DNA of 64,000 nt. Source: a virus. Taxonomy: Duplodnaviria > Caudoviricetes. Shown here piece after piece: positions 41,694 to 52,189 of this stretch. Location: the IMG/VR virus record IMGVR_UViG_3300021400_000134; one strand, 5' to 3'. The translations under genes and the position numbers were made by a program. Numbering within the stretch: the stretch's first letter is position 1; the number at the start of each line of letters is the position of its first letter. The notes below the pieces were generated by a model. The model was not told the DNA's origin. It ran no database searches and saw only the letters and a list, made by a program, of their open reading frames with translations.

Positions 41694-41945
41694 TTACGCT
41701 TGACCTTCTCTTTTAAAAGTTAAACAACTATATAAATCATCTGCTGTCAATGACAAGAAATCGTCAATTGATAATGAAGCATATTTATCATTGGCTACTA
41801 ATGCCGCAACAGGATAATCATAATCATTTTCTTGAAATTCTACCAATACTGGCAAATCCCCATATAGTTCTTTATATTCGGTTAACTGTTCTATTACTTC
41901 AGAAAGTTTTAAAGATTTTTCTTTTAGAGCATCTGTATAATTCAT
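41694..41945 (-). CDS. Hypothetical protein
   Basis: ORF coupled to upstream gene. Confidence 0.55.
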   Translation of the reverse strand: MNYTDALKEKSLKLSEVIEQLTEYKELYGDLPVLVEFQENDYDYPVAALVANDKYASLSIDDFLSLTADDLYSCLTFKREGQA

Positions 41946-42916
41946 TACTTAACAAGAGTGTCCTTAATTTCGCCAACAATTAAGTCAATGAATTCAGCCT
42001 GGTCTCTAGTTGTTTCAGAAACCTTCTTACCCTTACCAAGATACTTATCTACAATCTCAGTAATCTTAGGGCCATTACTTGGGTTCTTTCTCATTAAGTC
42101 TCCAGTAATTTTCTGGAATTCATTCATAAGTGCATCGTAATCGTAAGTTGGAGCAATTACATCTGCAACTCGTTCCTCTGTAACAAACTTATTGTTGGTT
42201 TCAGCGGCTTCTCTATCAATCGCCTTATTAAGAGCATTAACCAAATCTTGATAACTAAATGGAATTTCTGGTTCAATATATTTAAATCTACAACCAGTAT
42301 CTACGCTGCCGTCAAGAGAACGAAGAATTAATTTTCTTTCTCCATTTACAATATCCGCACATGCGAAGATATCAGCCATTCCCTTAACAATTTCATTAAC
42401 ACTTCTCTGTGCTGTTGGAACCATCTGATTATATTCAGTTCCATCTTTACGCTTGAAGGTTTTATCAGCAGAGTGCGAAATAAAGCAAACTGCATATCCA
42501 AGCTGAGTAATTGTTCGGAAAGAATCTTCAAACTCCTTCTTATATTTACTCCAACCATTGGTGCTCCAACCGCCATCGCCAATGTTTTCAATTCCTAACT
42601 GATTACAAATATACTTTTCGCAAAGCGCAGCCGCAATATCTACTGTATCAATGATTACAGATTTATAAACTGCCTGAACTTCTGGTTTCTTAAGTTCCCG
42701 AAGAACTTGTTTGAATTCACCCCAAGTTGTAATATCTTGTGCGATTACTCCAGGAAGAGCATTATAACCTCTTTCAAAAGCAAGAATTAGTGCTCCTGGA
42801 AACTGGCTTCCAAAGGTAGTTTTACCTACCTTTGGAACACCGTAGATATATGTAATATATCCAGATAAATCACGCGATACTTTATGAGGTTCAAGATTTA
42901 ATAGATTTATCGCCAT
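41945..42916 (-). CDS. AAA_24 / Sak4-like recombination ATPase
   Basis: YGVPKVGKTT, VIIDTVD, FISH. Confidence 0.8.
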   Translation of the reverse strand: MAINLLNLEPHKVSRDLSGYITYIYGVPKVGKTTFGSQFPGALILAFERGYNALPGVIAQDITTWGEFKQVLRELKKPEVQAVYKSVIIDTVDIAAALCEKYICNQLGIENIGDGGWSTNGWSKYKKEFEDSFRTITQLGYAVCFISHSADKTFKRKDGTEYNQMVPTAQRSVNEIVKGMADIFACADIVNGERKLILRSLDGSVDTGCRFKYIEPEIPFSYQDLVNALNKAIDREAAETNNKFVTEERVADVIAPTYDYDALMNEFQKITGDLMRKNPSNGPKITEIVDKYLGKGKKVSETTRDQAEFIDLIVGEIKDTLVK

Positions 42917-42929
42917 GATTTACCTCCAA

Positions 42930-43907
42930 TTAGAAATTATAATCTTCGTTTTTAGGTGCGGCAGGAGTTGCCTTTGCGGCCTTGGCATTACCGATTGCGT
43001 TGCCCTGAGAAGCCTTATATTCATCTCTACGCTGTTTTAATTCAGCCAGAGTATTTTCACGAGCCTGAGCCGCAGCCTTCAAATCTTCAAATGTAATTGT
43101 TTCTTCAAGTCCAAATTCATATGGTTCAGATGCTGCCCAAGTAACAACATAGTCTCTATTGGAACTCTGAACTTCTCTTACAGAATCATCTCCAAACGCA
43201 GATTCTTCTCTAATATATCTTGTAATCTGTTCTGATACAATCTGACCTCTAACCTTTGTAAAGACAGGTGTCTTAGGTGAGGCATCAAGGCTAAGGAAGT
43301 AATCAATTGCTTTTGGATTGATTGCGGAGAACTCAACAGGCATCATATCTTTTCTGAAATTGAAAATTCTACCATCAATGATTGCCTTTGCAGGAGTAAT
43401 TACATTACCACTGTCATCCTCTACCGCATCCTTTTCTCTAACGCCAACAATTACAATATCAGTTTCAAATGTGCTTCTCTGATTTTCATTTTCACTGATT
43501 GACTGCGCTACGTGGACAAATCCACCCTCATTTCTCTTAACAGAAACAAGTTCTTCTGCACCACTTCTGTCTGAATAGAATTCATTCAAACCAATAGCAG
43601 AGTCAATTCTTAACTTTGCGGCATTATCACCAACTTCTGGGTCTGTATAGCAACCAATCTTACCATCAATAATGTTCTTCAATGTGGTAAAAGTTGCATT
43701 TTCTTTACCGCTTGCAGTTACTGCTGTTACATATGTAAAGTGAACTGGAACGATATTTGTCTTCTTGTCGTTTGTTGCTACATCAATTGTACCTGAAATA
43801 AATTCTGTTCCAGGCTTCTTTGAGTTTGGTCCAGATACCTTAAGTTCAAGATTGTGCTGATACAAAATACCTTCAATTCTTGTTGAATTTATTAGTTTTG
43901 CTTTCAT
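42930..43907 (-). CDS. Putative single-stranded DNA-binding protein
   Basis: Beta-rich, acidic aromatic C-terminus (NEDYNF), next to Sak4-like gene. Confidence 0.6.
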   Translation of the reverse strand: MKAKLINSTRIEGILYQHNLELKVSGPNSKKPGTEFISGTIDVATNDKKTNIVPVHFTYVTAVTASGKENATFTTLKNIIDGKIGCYTDPEVGDNAAKLRIDSAIGLNEFYSDRSGAEELVSVKRNEGGFVHVAQSISENENQRSTFETDIVIVGVREKDAVEDDSGNVITPAKAIIDGRIFNFRKDMMPVEFSAINPKAIDYFLSLDASPKTPVFTKVRGQIVSEQITRYIREESAFGDDSVREVQSSNRDYVVTWAASEPYEFGLEETITFEDLKAAAQARENTLAELKQRRDEYKASQGNAIGNAKAAKATPAAPKNEDYNF

Positions 43908-43921
43908 CTTTCTTTTTCTCC

Positions 43922-44272
43922 TTAATCAATTTTATAATTCTTACCTTTTTCGCTTAATGTATATATAACAGGGTCTTTACCAATTTTTTCAGCAAATCCA
44001 TCATTTACAAGTTTTCTTAAAGTGCCCGATACGGCTCTTGAAGAAATACCGAGACCTTCAGCAATATCTTTGGATTTTGCCATTTTAACATTGTTATCTT
44101 GCATATACTTTAAAACGACTTTTCCATTATCTGTAATTTCTGGCTTAGAAGTATCTTCACCAGTTCTTAAGATTTCAAGGTATGCTTTTACATCTTCTGT
44201 CATAATACTTTTTGCATAATCTTCATTATGTGAAATTAAATTATCAATAAAACTTAAAAACTCATCCTTCAT
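43922..44272 (-). CDS. Winged-helix DNA-binding protein
   Basis: SKDIAEGLGISSRAVSGTLRKLVNDGF. Confidence 0.75.
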   Translation of the reverse strand: MKDEFLSFIDNLISHNEDYAKSIMTEDVKAYLEILRTGEDTSKPEITDNGKVVLKYMQDNNVKMAKSKDIAEGLGISSRAVSGTLRKLVNDGFAEKIGKDPVIYTLSEKGKNYKID

Positions 44273-44322
44273 TTATTTAATTACCTTTCAATCATTGTAA
44301 TTATATTATATCAAATTTTTTA

Positions 44323-45135
44323 TTAAAAGGCAACTTCATGGTCGAAAATGAGTTGTTCGGCATATGGTAAAGTATGCGCCCACTCAATAAATGCATTCCA
44401 TTCAACCAGTTTATGCCCTGCACGTTGATGGCAAATAGTACGAATAACCTCGTAATTTAGAGTGACTGTTCTAGTTTGAAGCCATCCATTAGGCAACCAC
44501 CGCACAAGTTCTTTCCAATAACGCTTATCTTTTGTTTGGTTATACAACTGACGCAACTGTTCTAAATCACTTAAAAAACTATCAACTCTTACACTAATAA
44601 TTTCTGGATCAATAAGTTGAAGATTATCTTCATAATCATCAGTTTCAAAGCAATCAAGAGTAATTGGTGTTGATGCTAATTTATGCATAGTTGATGTACT
44701 ATTGGCAGCAGTGCCAACTTTATAGGTATCAAATTCTTTATACCAATATAGAGGTGCAGTAATGTCTACACATACCTGGATTTGGCGTAAAAATTTGCGG
44801 TGTTCCGGCCCAGCTTTGCAAAGCCGCATAGCTAAACTCATATCATTTGGACCAATAAACGCATATTCATAAATGCCATCTCCATCAGTTTGTAATATTC
44901 CATTATCTCTTAACCATGCGGAATAGATATCTTCAAGGTCAGTAAACTCAGGACTATCAATATCTAATCCTGGGTATCTGGATTCAACCCAATTAAATGC
45001 AATATCATATTCTTCTAAGTCGTCACAATTGGCTATACCAAATAAACTATCTGCTTTTTTCCAGCTTGCTAACGGGTTCCGCATACCTCTAAAAGCACCG
45101 CTAAAATTGCTTACATTAGTATTTTCAAATTTCAT
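44323..45135 (-). CDS. ThyX-like (flavin-dependent thymidylate synthase-related) phage protein
   Basis: HRKFLRQI...APLYWYKEFDTY...STSTMH...QRAGHKL.EW. Confidence 0.6.
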   Translation of the reverse strand: MKFENTNVSNFSGAFRGMRNPLASWKKADSLFGIANCDDLEEYDIAFNWVESRYPGLDIDSPEFTDLEDIYSAWLRDNGILQTDGDGIYEYAFIGPNDMSLAMRLCKAGPEHRKFLRQIQVCVDITAPLYWYKEFDTYKVGTAANSTSTMHKLASTPITLDCFETDDYEDNLQLIDPEIISVRVDSFLSDLEQLRQLYNQTKDKRYWKELVRWLPNGWLQTRTVTLNYEVIRTICHQRAGHKLVEWNAFIEWAHTLPYAEQLIFDHEVAF

Positions 45136-45326
45136 TATGAGTCTCTCCTAAATTCCAATAGGCCAAGGGTTAATAGTTGCTTTAACTGCTCCCCATGGAT
45201 ATTAGTTTTATCACAGAAATATCCGAGGATTTCAGTATCTTCATGAGAAATCTTATGAAGATCGCAACTATTAAGTCCTTCATTAGGGTCTGGAATAAAA
45301 TCGTCCCAGTTAAACATTCCCACCAA
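45135..45326 (-). CDS. Hypothetical protein
   Basis: Short coupled ORF. Confidence 0.45.
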   Translation of the reverse strand: MVGMFNWDDFIPDPNEGLNSCDLHKISHEDTEILGYFCDKTNIHGEQLKQLLTLGLLEFRRDS

Positions 45327-45576
45327 AACCCTTACAATGACAACCTATTATGTCTAAAAATTCATCAATATCATCAATGTAAGCATTTTCTTTATTATAT
45401 TCTGCGGTTTGTAAGAAATCTAAATAAGAAATAATATTAATATCATACCCGTAAGCACGAGCCTTTACTAACATTGCTTCTGGATTTCTACAAACTAATG
45501 TGGCGCTTTCTTGCTGGCATAAAGCCATTAATTTTTTTGTTTTTCCGGAACCCGGTTCTCCAATAATTTTTACCAT
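45310..45576 (-). CDS. Small P-loop protein
   Basis: GEPGSGKT and YIDD. Confidence 0.65.
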   Translation of the reverse strand: MVKIIGEPGSGKTKKLMALCQQESATLVCRNPEAMLVKARAYGYDINIISYLDFLQTAEYNKENAYIDDIDEFLDIIGCHCKGFGGNV

Positions 45577-46568
45577 TAATTTCTATTCCCCTGGAGTGTA
45601 TTATAACCCCAATCTGTACTGCTATAAAAATCAATTCAATATCTTTCACGTTCGTTTAATGCTTCTCTCTCGCATTCTTCCAGTATTTCATACATAAATG
45701 CTTCTGGACCAGAAGTCTTCATTTCTGTATAAAATCTATTATTTGAGGAAGCAATACCGAGACCTGCTTTTATATGATCTCTTAAACGGTTTCGTAAATC
45801 TACTGATTGGCCTATATAGCACTGCCCTGAATTTATATTTGTAATTTTATAAATGCCACAATGAGTTTGTCCAGTAGGAGTTAATCTACCTAATAAATCC
45901 ATTGTAGGTCTCTTGTAGTAAAGTTCCCAAATAATTTTATTTATTGGTTCAGGGTCTTTATTTAATTTCTTTGCTACATCTTTTAACATTGAAATATCTT
46001 CAATATCTTCTTCTGAAACCTTTATTTTATAGTAATCTTTTGACTGTTCATCAAGCATACGTCTTTTATCTGCGGCGATTGCGGAATCTGCTTTTTCTTT
46101 TAGAATTGCAAGTTCGTTGGTGACAGTTTCTAATTCCAACTTTTTTTCGTTAATCGTATCAGTAAAATACTTGGTGCTTTCTTCAAGAGTTTTTAGATAT
46201 TCATCCTTATGTTCTTTCTCTGCTTTTTGATAGTGATACATTGCTATTTCCGCAGATTGAGACATTTTCTCTTGCATTAAATCATAAGATTTCTTGTAGA
46301 TTTCTTCTGTTGCGGCTGTTGCCTGTTTGCTTATTGTGTCAATATCAGCATATAATGAGCTCTTGTGGCGCTCTAATGCGGCGGTTTCAGTTTCCGCAGA
46401 AGCAACTTCCGCATTTAGTTTGGCTATTTCATCTTGTAAACTTGAATTTTCAATTTTTAATCTATTGTTCTTTTGGACTATTTCTTCATCAACTTTATGT
46501 TTTGGATATAAATAAATGATAATTCCAATTAATAGTCCAATTATAGCCGCACAAACTCAAATCATCAT
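45576..46568 (-). CDS. Membrane-anchored coiled-coil protein with C-terminal GIY-YIG nuclease (330 aa; TGA at codon 4 and in ERERY(W)I)
   Basis: AAGGAG RBS; MMI(W)VCAAIIGLLIGIIIYLY; CGIYKITNINSGQCYIGQS; TAA overlaps the next ATG. Confidence 0.8.
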
Positions 46569-46639
46569 TTTCTCCTTAAAAAAGAAGGGGTAGATATTAG
46601 TTATTACCTACCCCAGTATACTTACTGAATTAACCCAAA

Positions 46640-46906
46640 TTACTCAGCATCTGCATCTGGGTCAAATGCCATACCTTCATCGGTAAGACTTAGAAGCTTA
46701 ATAGCCTTGTGAGAACCATCATCAAGTTCTACTTCAGCAGGAGTACGAACTCCAAGACCCTTACGCTGAATAGCGGATGTGAAGATACCATCTACACTTC
46801 TCTTTTCGAGACCAAGTGCAGCAGCAACGTCAGCAGCTGTTAAATCTTCACCATTGTGTTCCTTAAGATAAACTAATACTTTCTTTGAATTTTCCTTCAT
46901 TGCCAT
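46640..46906 (-). CDS. HTH DNA-binding protein
   Basis: LTAADVAAALGLEKRSVDG. Confidence 0.7.
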   Translation of the reverse strand: MAMKENSKKVLVYLKEHNGEDLTAADVAAALGLEKRSVDGIFTSAIQRKGLGVRTPAEVELDDGSHKAIKLLSLTDEGMAFDPDADAE

Positions 46907-46972
46907 AATATTTTTTCTCCTTATTTTTTATTTTTATGTAAAAATTATATCACAAATTTTTATTTAAGTCAA

Positions 46973-47167
46973 TTATCTTTTCAAAATTTTTTGAACCATA
47001 TCATCTATTTCTACCATATCTTCCAATCCTAAATTATACTTGACGGTTAGATGCATGATTTCATCTTTGGCTGATTCTACAGCTTGCCTATCACTATTGT
47101 TCCGAATAATCTGCTCTGCTACTGCGATTTTTTGAGCGATTTTCTTTCTTAATGACTTACTTGCCAT
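46973..47167 (-). CDS. Hypothetical protein
   Basis: Short ORF with RBS. Confidence 0.55.
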   Translation of the reverse strand: MASKSLRKKIAQKIAVAEQIIRNNSDRQAVESAKDEIMHLTVKYNLGLEDMVEIDDMVQKILKR

Positions 47168-47210
47168 ATTCGTTCCTTAATTTTTACAATGATATTATAC
47201 ATAAAATTTT

Positions 47211-49166
47211 TTATTCTTGCAAGAATTTTTCAATAAATTCCTGTTCGGTAATAATCGGCACGCCCAGCTTTTTCGCAGTAAGGTTTTTAGATGAGGTGCT
47301 TGTGTTGTCGTTGTTGATTAAATAGTTTGTTTTTGCGGAAACGGCACTTGAAACTCTACCGCCTCTAGATTCAATTTCAGATTGAAGTGCTGCTCTGTTT
47401 TTATACTGCTTTAATGAACCGGTAATTACAACTACAATATCTTTTAAATTATCTAAATTGTCTTCTTCTTTTGTGGACGTAGGCCACTTTTCTAATGCCG
47501 CACCAGCCAAGATAGCTTCACCATAATCAAAGTTTAGGATTGAGCCTACTCGTTCTGGGCCAAAACCATCAATGGTATAAAAGTCAAAGCCAGACCCCTC
47601 TTCAGTTGCATGTATAAAAGATGGAAAATCTTTGAAATGTTTAGCCAATTCTTTTGCCTGACTCAAACCAATTAATGGTATTCCAATAGCAGAAATATAT
47701 CTTTCTAATGGAATATCTGAAGTTCTGATATTTTCAATCGCTTCAAGAATATTGTCTACAGATTTAATCCCAAAACCAGATTTTGAAACCCACTCATCTC
47801 TATGATATTTTAACTCAAAAATATCGTGGAATTCTTTTACCCAATCCCAATCAATTAATTTCCCAAGAGTTGCTTTAGAGAGACCTTTAATATCTAAGCC
47901 TTTCTTGCCACAAAAATGGTCTAAATGATTGACTAATTTGCCTTCACAGTTTGGATTAGAACAAACTAAATTTTCAACGCCATCACTGGATGTAATGATT
48001 GCGGTCGGTGCTCCACAGATAGGACAAATCTCGGGTATTTCGATCGGTTCATCGAGATCCGCAGGTTCAGCACTTAATATCTGTGGTATTATCATATTTG
48101 CTTTATAGACCTTAACTTTTAAGCCTTGTTTTAATACCTTTAAAGTGCTTTTCATTACACTTAAATTATGAAGTGATGCACGTTCAATAACAGAACCATC
48201 TAATTCAATAGGTTCAAATACTGCTACTGGTGTTAAAATACCGGTTCTTCCCATAGTCCAATCTATATATTTTAATGTAGATTCAACCACTTCTATTTCT
48301 GGTTTCCAAGCAATTCCATTTTTGAAATGATGAGAAGTTTGCCCCAAAGAGTTTCCATATTCAGTATCATTAAATTTCCAAACAACACCATCACAAGGAT
48401 ATTCGTCTTTGAAAGATATAATTATATTATTCGTTGATTTAATTTCATCCATTGGTATATCTGTAATAAAATAAACTATTTCAAATCCGTAGGATTGAAT
48501 TTCAGCTAACTTTTCACTTAATAGTTTATAATTACTACCAACAATAACATCCCAAGCAATAAAAGATAATTTTCTATCTTTTACTAATTGAGTATCTAAT
48601 ACATTAAGAGCACCTGCTGCTGCGTTTCTTGGATTTTTGAACTCATTATTTTTATTTATTTCTTCAAAATCTGGTATTTTAATTATAGCTTCACCATCAA
48701 CAATAAGCTCTTTTTGATATGGAATTTCCATTGGAACATTCTGAAATTGTTTAATATGCTCAGTAATGTCAGTACCTTCAACTCCATTACCGCGGGTGTT
48801 TGCGGAAATCAATTTACCATTATTATATTTGATGCGTACTGATAAACCATCTAGTTTTAACATCGCTATCATTTTGTGATTATTCGCAAAATCCGCAACC
48901 TCCTCGTCGGAGTGGCACTTGTCTAGACTAAGCATTGGTTTCGGTGTAATAGGAACTCTTTTTAAAGAGGATAAAACCGGTGCTCCAATTTTTTGTGTCG
49001 GACTAATGGAAAGGATAAAATCATTTTCTTTTTCAAAATTGGAAATCTGCTGAAACCAGTAGTCATATTCTTGATCCGACATAATTGGATTTTCTGAATT
49101 ATAATATGCATCGGAGGCTTCATTTAATCTATGAACGAGTTGAGAGTATTCTTCTTTTAATAACAT
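47211..49166 (-). CDS. ligA: NAD-dependent DNA ligase
   Basis: KLDG, TRGNG, NPRNAAAG, DGVV, GRTG, Zn finger, BRCT. Confidence 0.96.
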   Translation of the reverse strand: MLLKEEYSQLVHRLNEASDAYYNSENPIMSDQEYDYWFQQISNFEKENDFILSISPTQKIGAPVLSSLKRVPITPKPMLSLDKCHSDEEVADFANNHKMIAMLKLDGLSVRIKYNNGKLISANTRGNGVEGTDITEHIKQFQNVPMEIPYQKELIVDGEAIIKIPDFEEINKNNEFKNPRNAAAGALNVLDTQLVKDRKLSFIAWDVIVGSNYKLLSEKLAEIQSYGFEIVYFITDIPMDEIKSTNNIIISFKDEYPCDGVVWKFNDTEYGNSLGQTSHHFKNGIAWKPEIEVVESTLKYIDWTMGRTGILTPVAVFEPIELDGSVIERASLHNLSVMKSTLKVLKQGLKVKVYKANMIIPQILSAEPADLDEPIEIPEICPICGAPTAIITSSDGVENLVCSNPNCEGKLVNHLDHFCGKKGLDIKGLSKATLGKLIDWDWVKEFHDIFELKYHRDEWVSKSGFGIKSVDNILEAIENIRTSDIPLERYISAIGIPLIGLSQAKELAKHFKDFPSFIHATEEGSGFDFYTIDGFGPERVGSILNFDYGEAILAGAALEKWPTSTKEEDNLDNLKDIVVVITGSLKQYKNRAALQSEIESRGGRVSSAVSAKTNYLINNDNTSTSSKNLTAKKLGVPIITEQEFIEKFLQE

Positions 49167-49230
49167 ACGAGTCCTTTCTTACACATTTATATTATATCAT
49201 AATTTTTATAAAAAGAAAAGGTATAATTTC

Positions 49231-51552
49231 TTATACCTTTGAAACAGATTGTAATCTATCTTTTAATACTATATTGCCAGCTGCGGTTCTGCCTAAAATT
49301 GGGATTTCTTTTGCGGAAATACAAATGGATTTAGAAACCCCAATAGCCAAGACTGAATCTTCGTCACTTAGTAATGCCGCAGATGCTACATCATCAGATG
49401 ACTTGTAGCAAGTAATTCCCTTACCACCTCGCTTCTGGAGGACTAAATCACTTGCCGCAATTCTCTTACCAAAACCGCCAGTAGAGAAAATACCGAGCGA
49501 GTCATTACTATCTCTTACTACAAGGGTAGAAACAACTTCATCTCCATCATTTAAGTTAATACCCTTAACGCCAGAAGTTGCTCTTGATGTTGGCGAAATC
49601 TCGGTTGAATTAAATTTAATGCACATACCCTTTTTGGTAATTAAGATAATGGGTTCGTCTTTAACAAGTGATACATTAGCAAGATTATCGCCTTCTCTTA
49701 ATGTAATTGCGCCAATACCAGTTTTCTTCCTTGTCTTAGTATATTCTTCAAGAGAGGTTTTCTTTACTAATCCATTTTTGGTTGTAAATAACACATATTT
49801 AGCATCAGTATCTCTATAAATTGAATAGATTACTGTTGGATTTTCATTTGGCTGCATCTGAATTAAATTCTTAATAGATACACCCTTTGTGGCGTTGGTG
49901 CCTTCTGGAATTGAATCAACGATTAAGCGATACATATTACCCTTGTCAGAGAATATCATTAGTGAATCAATTGTGTTCGTTCGAATTACCGCATTCACAA
50001 TATCATCTGCGGTTTTAACCCCCTTGCCACCTCTACGCTGGGTGCGGAATGAGGAAGTTGGTATTCTCTTAATTAAACCTGAATCTGTCATTACAACAAC
50101 CACTTTTTCAGGTTCAACATATTGGATTTCTTTATCTTCTTTTTTAACTTCAATTTGAGCCAATTCAGTTTTTCTAGCATCCCCATATTTCTTAACAAGG
50201 TTTGCCAGGATGTTTTTAATTGACTGATATTGAGTATCTGGTGTTGCTAACCAGTTTTTAATATCCTTAATAGTTGAAACTAATTCTTTTTGCTCGTTTT
50301 GAATTTCAACTTTTTCCAAATTGGCTAAACTACTAAGTCTCATAGCAAGGATAGCTTTCGCTTGCTCTTCTGAGAACTTATATACTTTTATAAGTTCCTC
50401 TCTTGCAGTCGCCGCAGATGAAGATTTTCTAATTAAAGCAACAATATTATCAATATCTTCAAGAGCTTTCAATAATCCCTCTACGATATGAAGTCTATTT
50501 TGAGCCTTTTCTAAATCAAATTGCTTTTCTCTCTTTAAGCATTCAAGAGCATTTTCTACATAAATCTTGCAGCAGTCTTTTAGATTTAACTCTGTTGGAG
50601 TCTTACCCACAAGTGCAACTTGATTATATGAGAAACTTGATTGTAAATTTGTTTTAGCGAATAACTGATTTGCTATATAATCAGAATTTCTATCACATTC
50701 AACTACAATTCTGACACCTTTTTTATTAGTTTCATCTCTTACATCAACAATGCCCTCAATATCTTCAGCAACTTCACCAATTTCCGCAACTAAAGACTCA
50801 ACATTTGTTCCATAAGGGATTTCATAGAAGATAAGATTATTTTTTTCTTTCTTATATTTTGCTCTAATTTTGACAGAACCATGACCTGTTTTCATGATTG
50901 CGGGGATATCGTTTTTATTGATGATAATTCCACCTGTTGGGAAATCAGGACCAGGTAGTGTTGGCTCTTTACCGTCGATGTAATCATCAATTGCCTGTGC
51001 AACTTCAGTTAAATTATGTGGAGCCCAGGAGCAAGCCAATGCCACACCAATTCCGCTATTAGGATTACAAAGAAGGTTTGGGAAATATGATGGTAAAACT
51101 ACTGGTTCTTCCATAGTTTCATCATAATTTGGAATAAAATCCACATTATTTTTCTTTAACCCCTGCAATAAACCATCTTCTGCGATTTTTGCTAATCTTG
51201 CTTCTGTATAACGTGCGGCCGCAGGTCCATCACCAACGATATTACCATTATTGCCATGCCAGTCAATAAGAGGATATCGCATAACCCAATCTTGTGAAAG
51301 TCGAGCCATTGCTCCATAAATTGAACTGTCACCATGGGGGTGCAATTTACCCATAACATCGCCAACAATACGAGCCGCTTTAACATGCGGTTTTGAAGCA
51401 GTACGACCTTCCATAAGGCAAGAATATAAGATGCGTTTTGCTACTGGTTTTAAACCATCTGCGGCGCTGGGGATAGCACGATCGGAATTAACGGCATACG
51501 CATATTCAATAAAATTAGTATGTAATTCATTATAAATATCGTTATTCTGCAT
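49231..51552 (-). CDS. gyrA: Type II topoisomerase subunit A (GyrA/ParC)
   Basis: DGLKPV, HPHGDSS, AAARYTE, QRRGGKG GyrA-box, beta-pinwheel repeats. Confidence 0.95.
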   Translation of the reverse strand: MQNNDIYNELHTNFIEYAYAVNSDRAIPSAADGLKPVAKRILYSCLMEGRTASKPHVKAARIVGDVMGKLHPHGDSSIYGAMARLSQDWVMRYPLIDWHGNNGNIVGDGPAAARYTEARLAKIAEDGLLQGLKKNNVDFIPNYDETMEEPVVLPSYFPNLLCNPNSGIGVALACSWAPHNLTEVAQAIDDYIDGKEPTLPGPDFPTGGIIINKNDIPAIMKTGHGSVKIRAKYKKEKNNLIFYEIPYGTNVESLVAEIGEVAEDIEGIVDVRDETNKKGVRIVVECDRNSDYIANQLFAKTNLQSSFSYNQVALVGKTPTELNLKDCCKIYVENALECLKREKQFDLEKAQNRLHIVEGLLKALEDIDNIVALIRKSSSAATAREELIKVYKFSEEQAKAILAMRLSSLANLEKVEIQNEQKELVSTIKDIKNWLATPDTQYQSIKNILANLVKKYGDARKTELAQIEVKKEDKEIQYVEPEKVVVVMTDSGLIKRIPTSSFRTQRRGGKGVKTADDIVNAVIRTNTIDSLMIFSDKGNMYRLIVDSIPEGTNATKGVSIKNLIQMQPNENPTVIYSIYRDTDAKYVLFTTKNGLVKKTSLEEYTKTRKKTGIGAITLREGDNLANVSLVKDEPIILITKKGMCIKFNSTEISPTSRATSGVKGINLNDGDEVVSTLVVRDSNDSLGIFSTGGFGKRIAASDLVLQKRGGKGITCYKSSDDVASAALLSDEDSVLAIGVSKSICISAKEIPILGRTAAGNIVLKDRLQSVSKV

Positions 51553-51739
51553 TAATTCCCTCCAATATATCTGCCATAGCTTCTTCAAAAATATATAATC
51601 TTTCCATAATTAATTGTATTTGTTCATTAGTAAGGTCTTCTGCATAATCACCTATATTTCTATAAATGCCTTTTTTATTTGGGCCTATATATAAAACAGT
51701 TCCCCATTGATTCTTTATAGTTAAACGATTATTCTGCAT
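51542..51739 (-). CDS. Small inserted ORF (MQNN...INAE*)
   Basis: GGAGG RBS; start and stop lie in the repeated AATGCAGAATAA junction. Confidence 0.6.
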   Translation of the reverse strand: MQNNRLTIKNQWGTVLYIGPNKKGIYRNIGDYAEDLTNEQIQLIMERLYIFEEAMADILEGINAE

Positions 51740-51944
51740 TAACTGCCTCCAATTTATCCCAGGTTGTGTCATATCGTCGATTATTCCACAATACTTTAAC
51801 ATAATTCCCATAAAAATTGCGAAATTCTCCTAAATATTCTACAATTTCTCCTTTTGGAATATTTGGATATTTTAATGCTGCTTGAGTCATAAAATCTTCG
51901 TCATATATTTCTCTCAATGCTCTTAACTTTATACTATTCTGCAT
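51729..51944 (-). CDS. Small inserted ORF (MQNS...VNAE*)
   Basis: GGAG RBS; repeated junction motif. Confidence 0.6.
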   Translation of the reverse strand: MQNSIKLRALREIYDEDFMTQAALKYPNIPKGEIVEYLGEFRNFYGNYVKVLWNNRRYDTTWDKLEAVNAE

Positions 51945-51973
51945 CAAACCACTCCTTTTTATCTCTATATAAG

Positions 51974-52189
51974 CTATTTAACCTTTTTATAAAATATATT
52001 ATAAGTGTTTTCATGAAAAAAGAAAGTGTAATTATTTTGATATTTATAATTAAAATAATCTATTAATAAATTACATAATTCTATATCTTTTTCATCAAAA
52101 TGAAACCATCCTTCGTTATAATCTTTATCTAACCTTTTTATATCATTTAAGAACTTTACTTCATATTTTTTAGCAATTCTACTCTGCAT
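51974..52189 (-). CDS. Small inserted AT-rich ORF (MQSR...)
   Basis: ATG overlaps the gyrB end (NAE*). Confidence 0.5.
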   Translation of the reverse strand: MQSRIAKKYEVKFLNDIKRLDKDYNEGWFHFDEKDIELCNLLIDYFNYKYQNNYTFFFHENTYNIFYKKVK

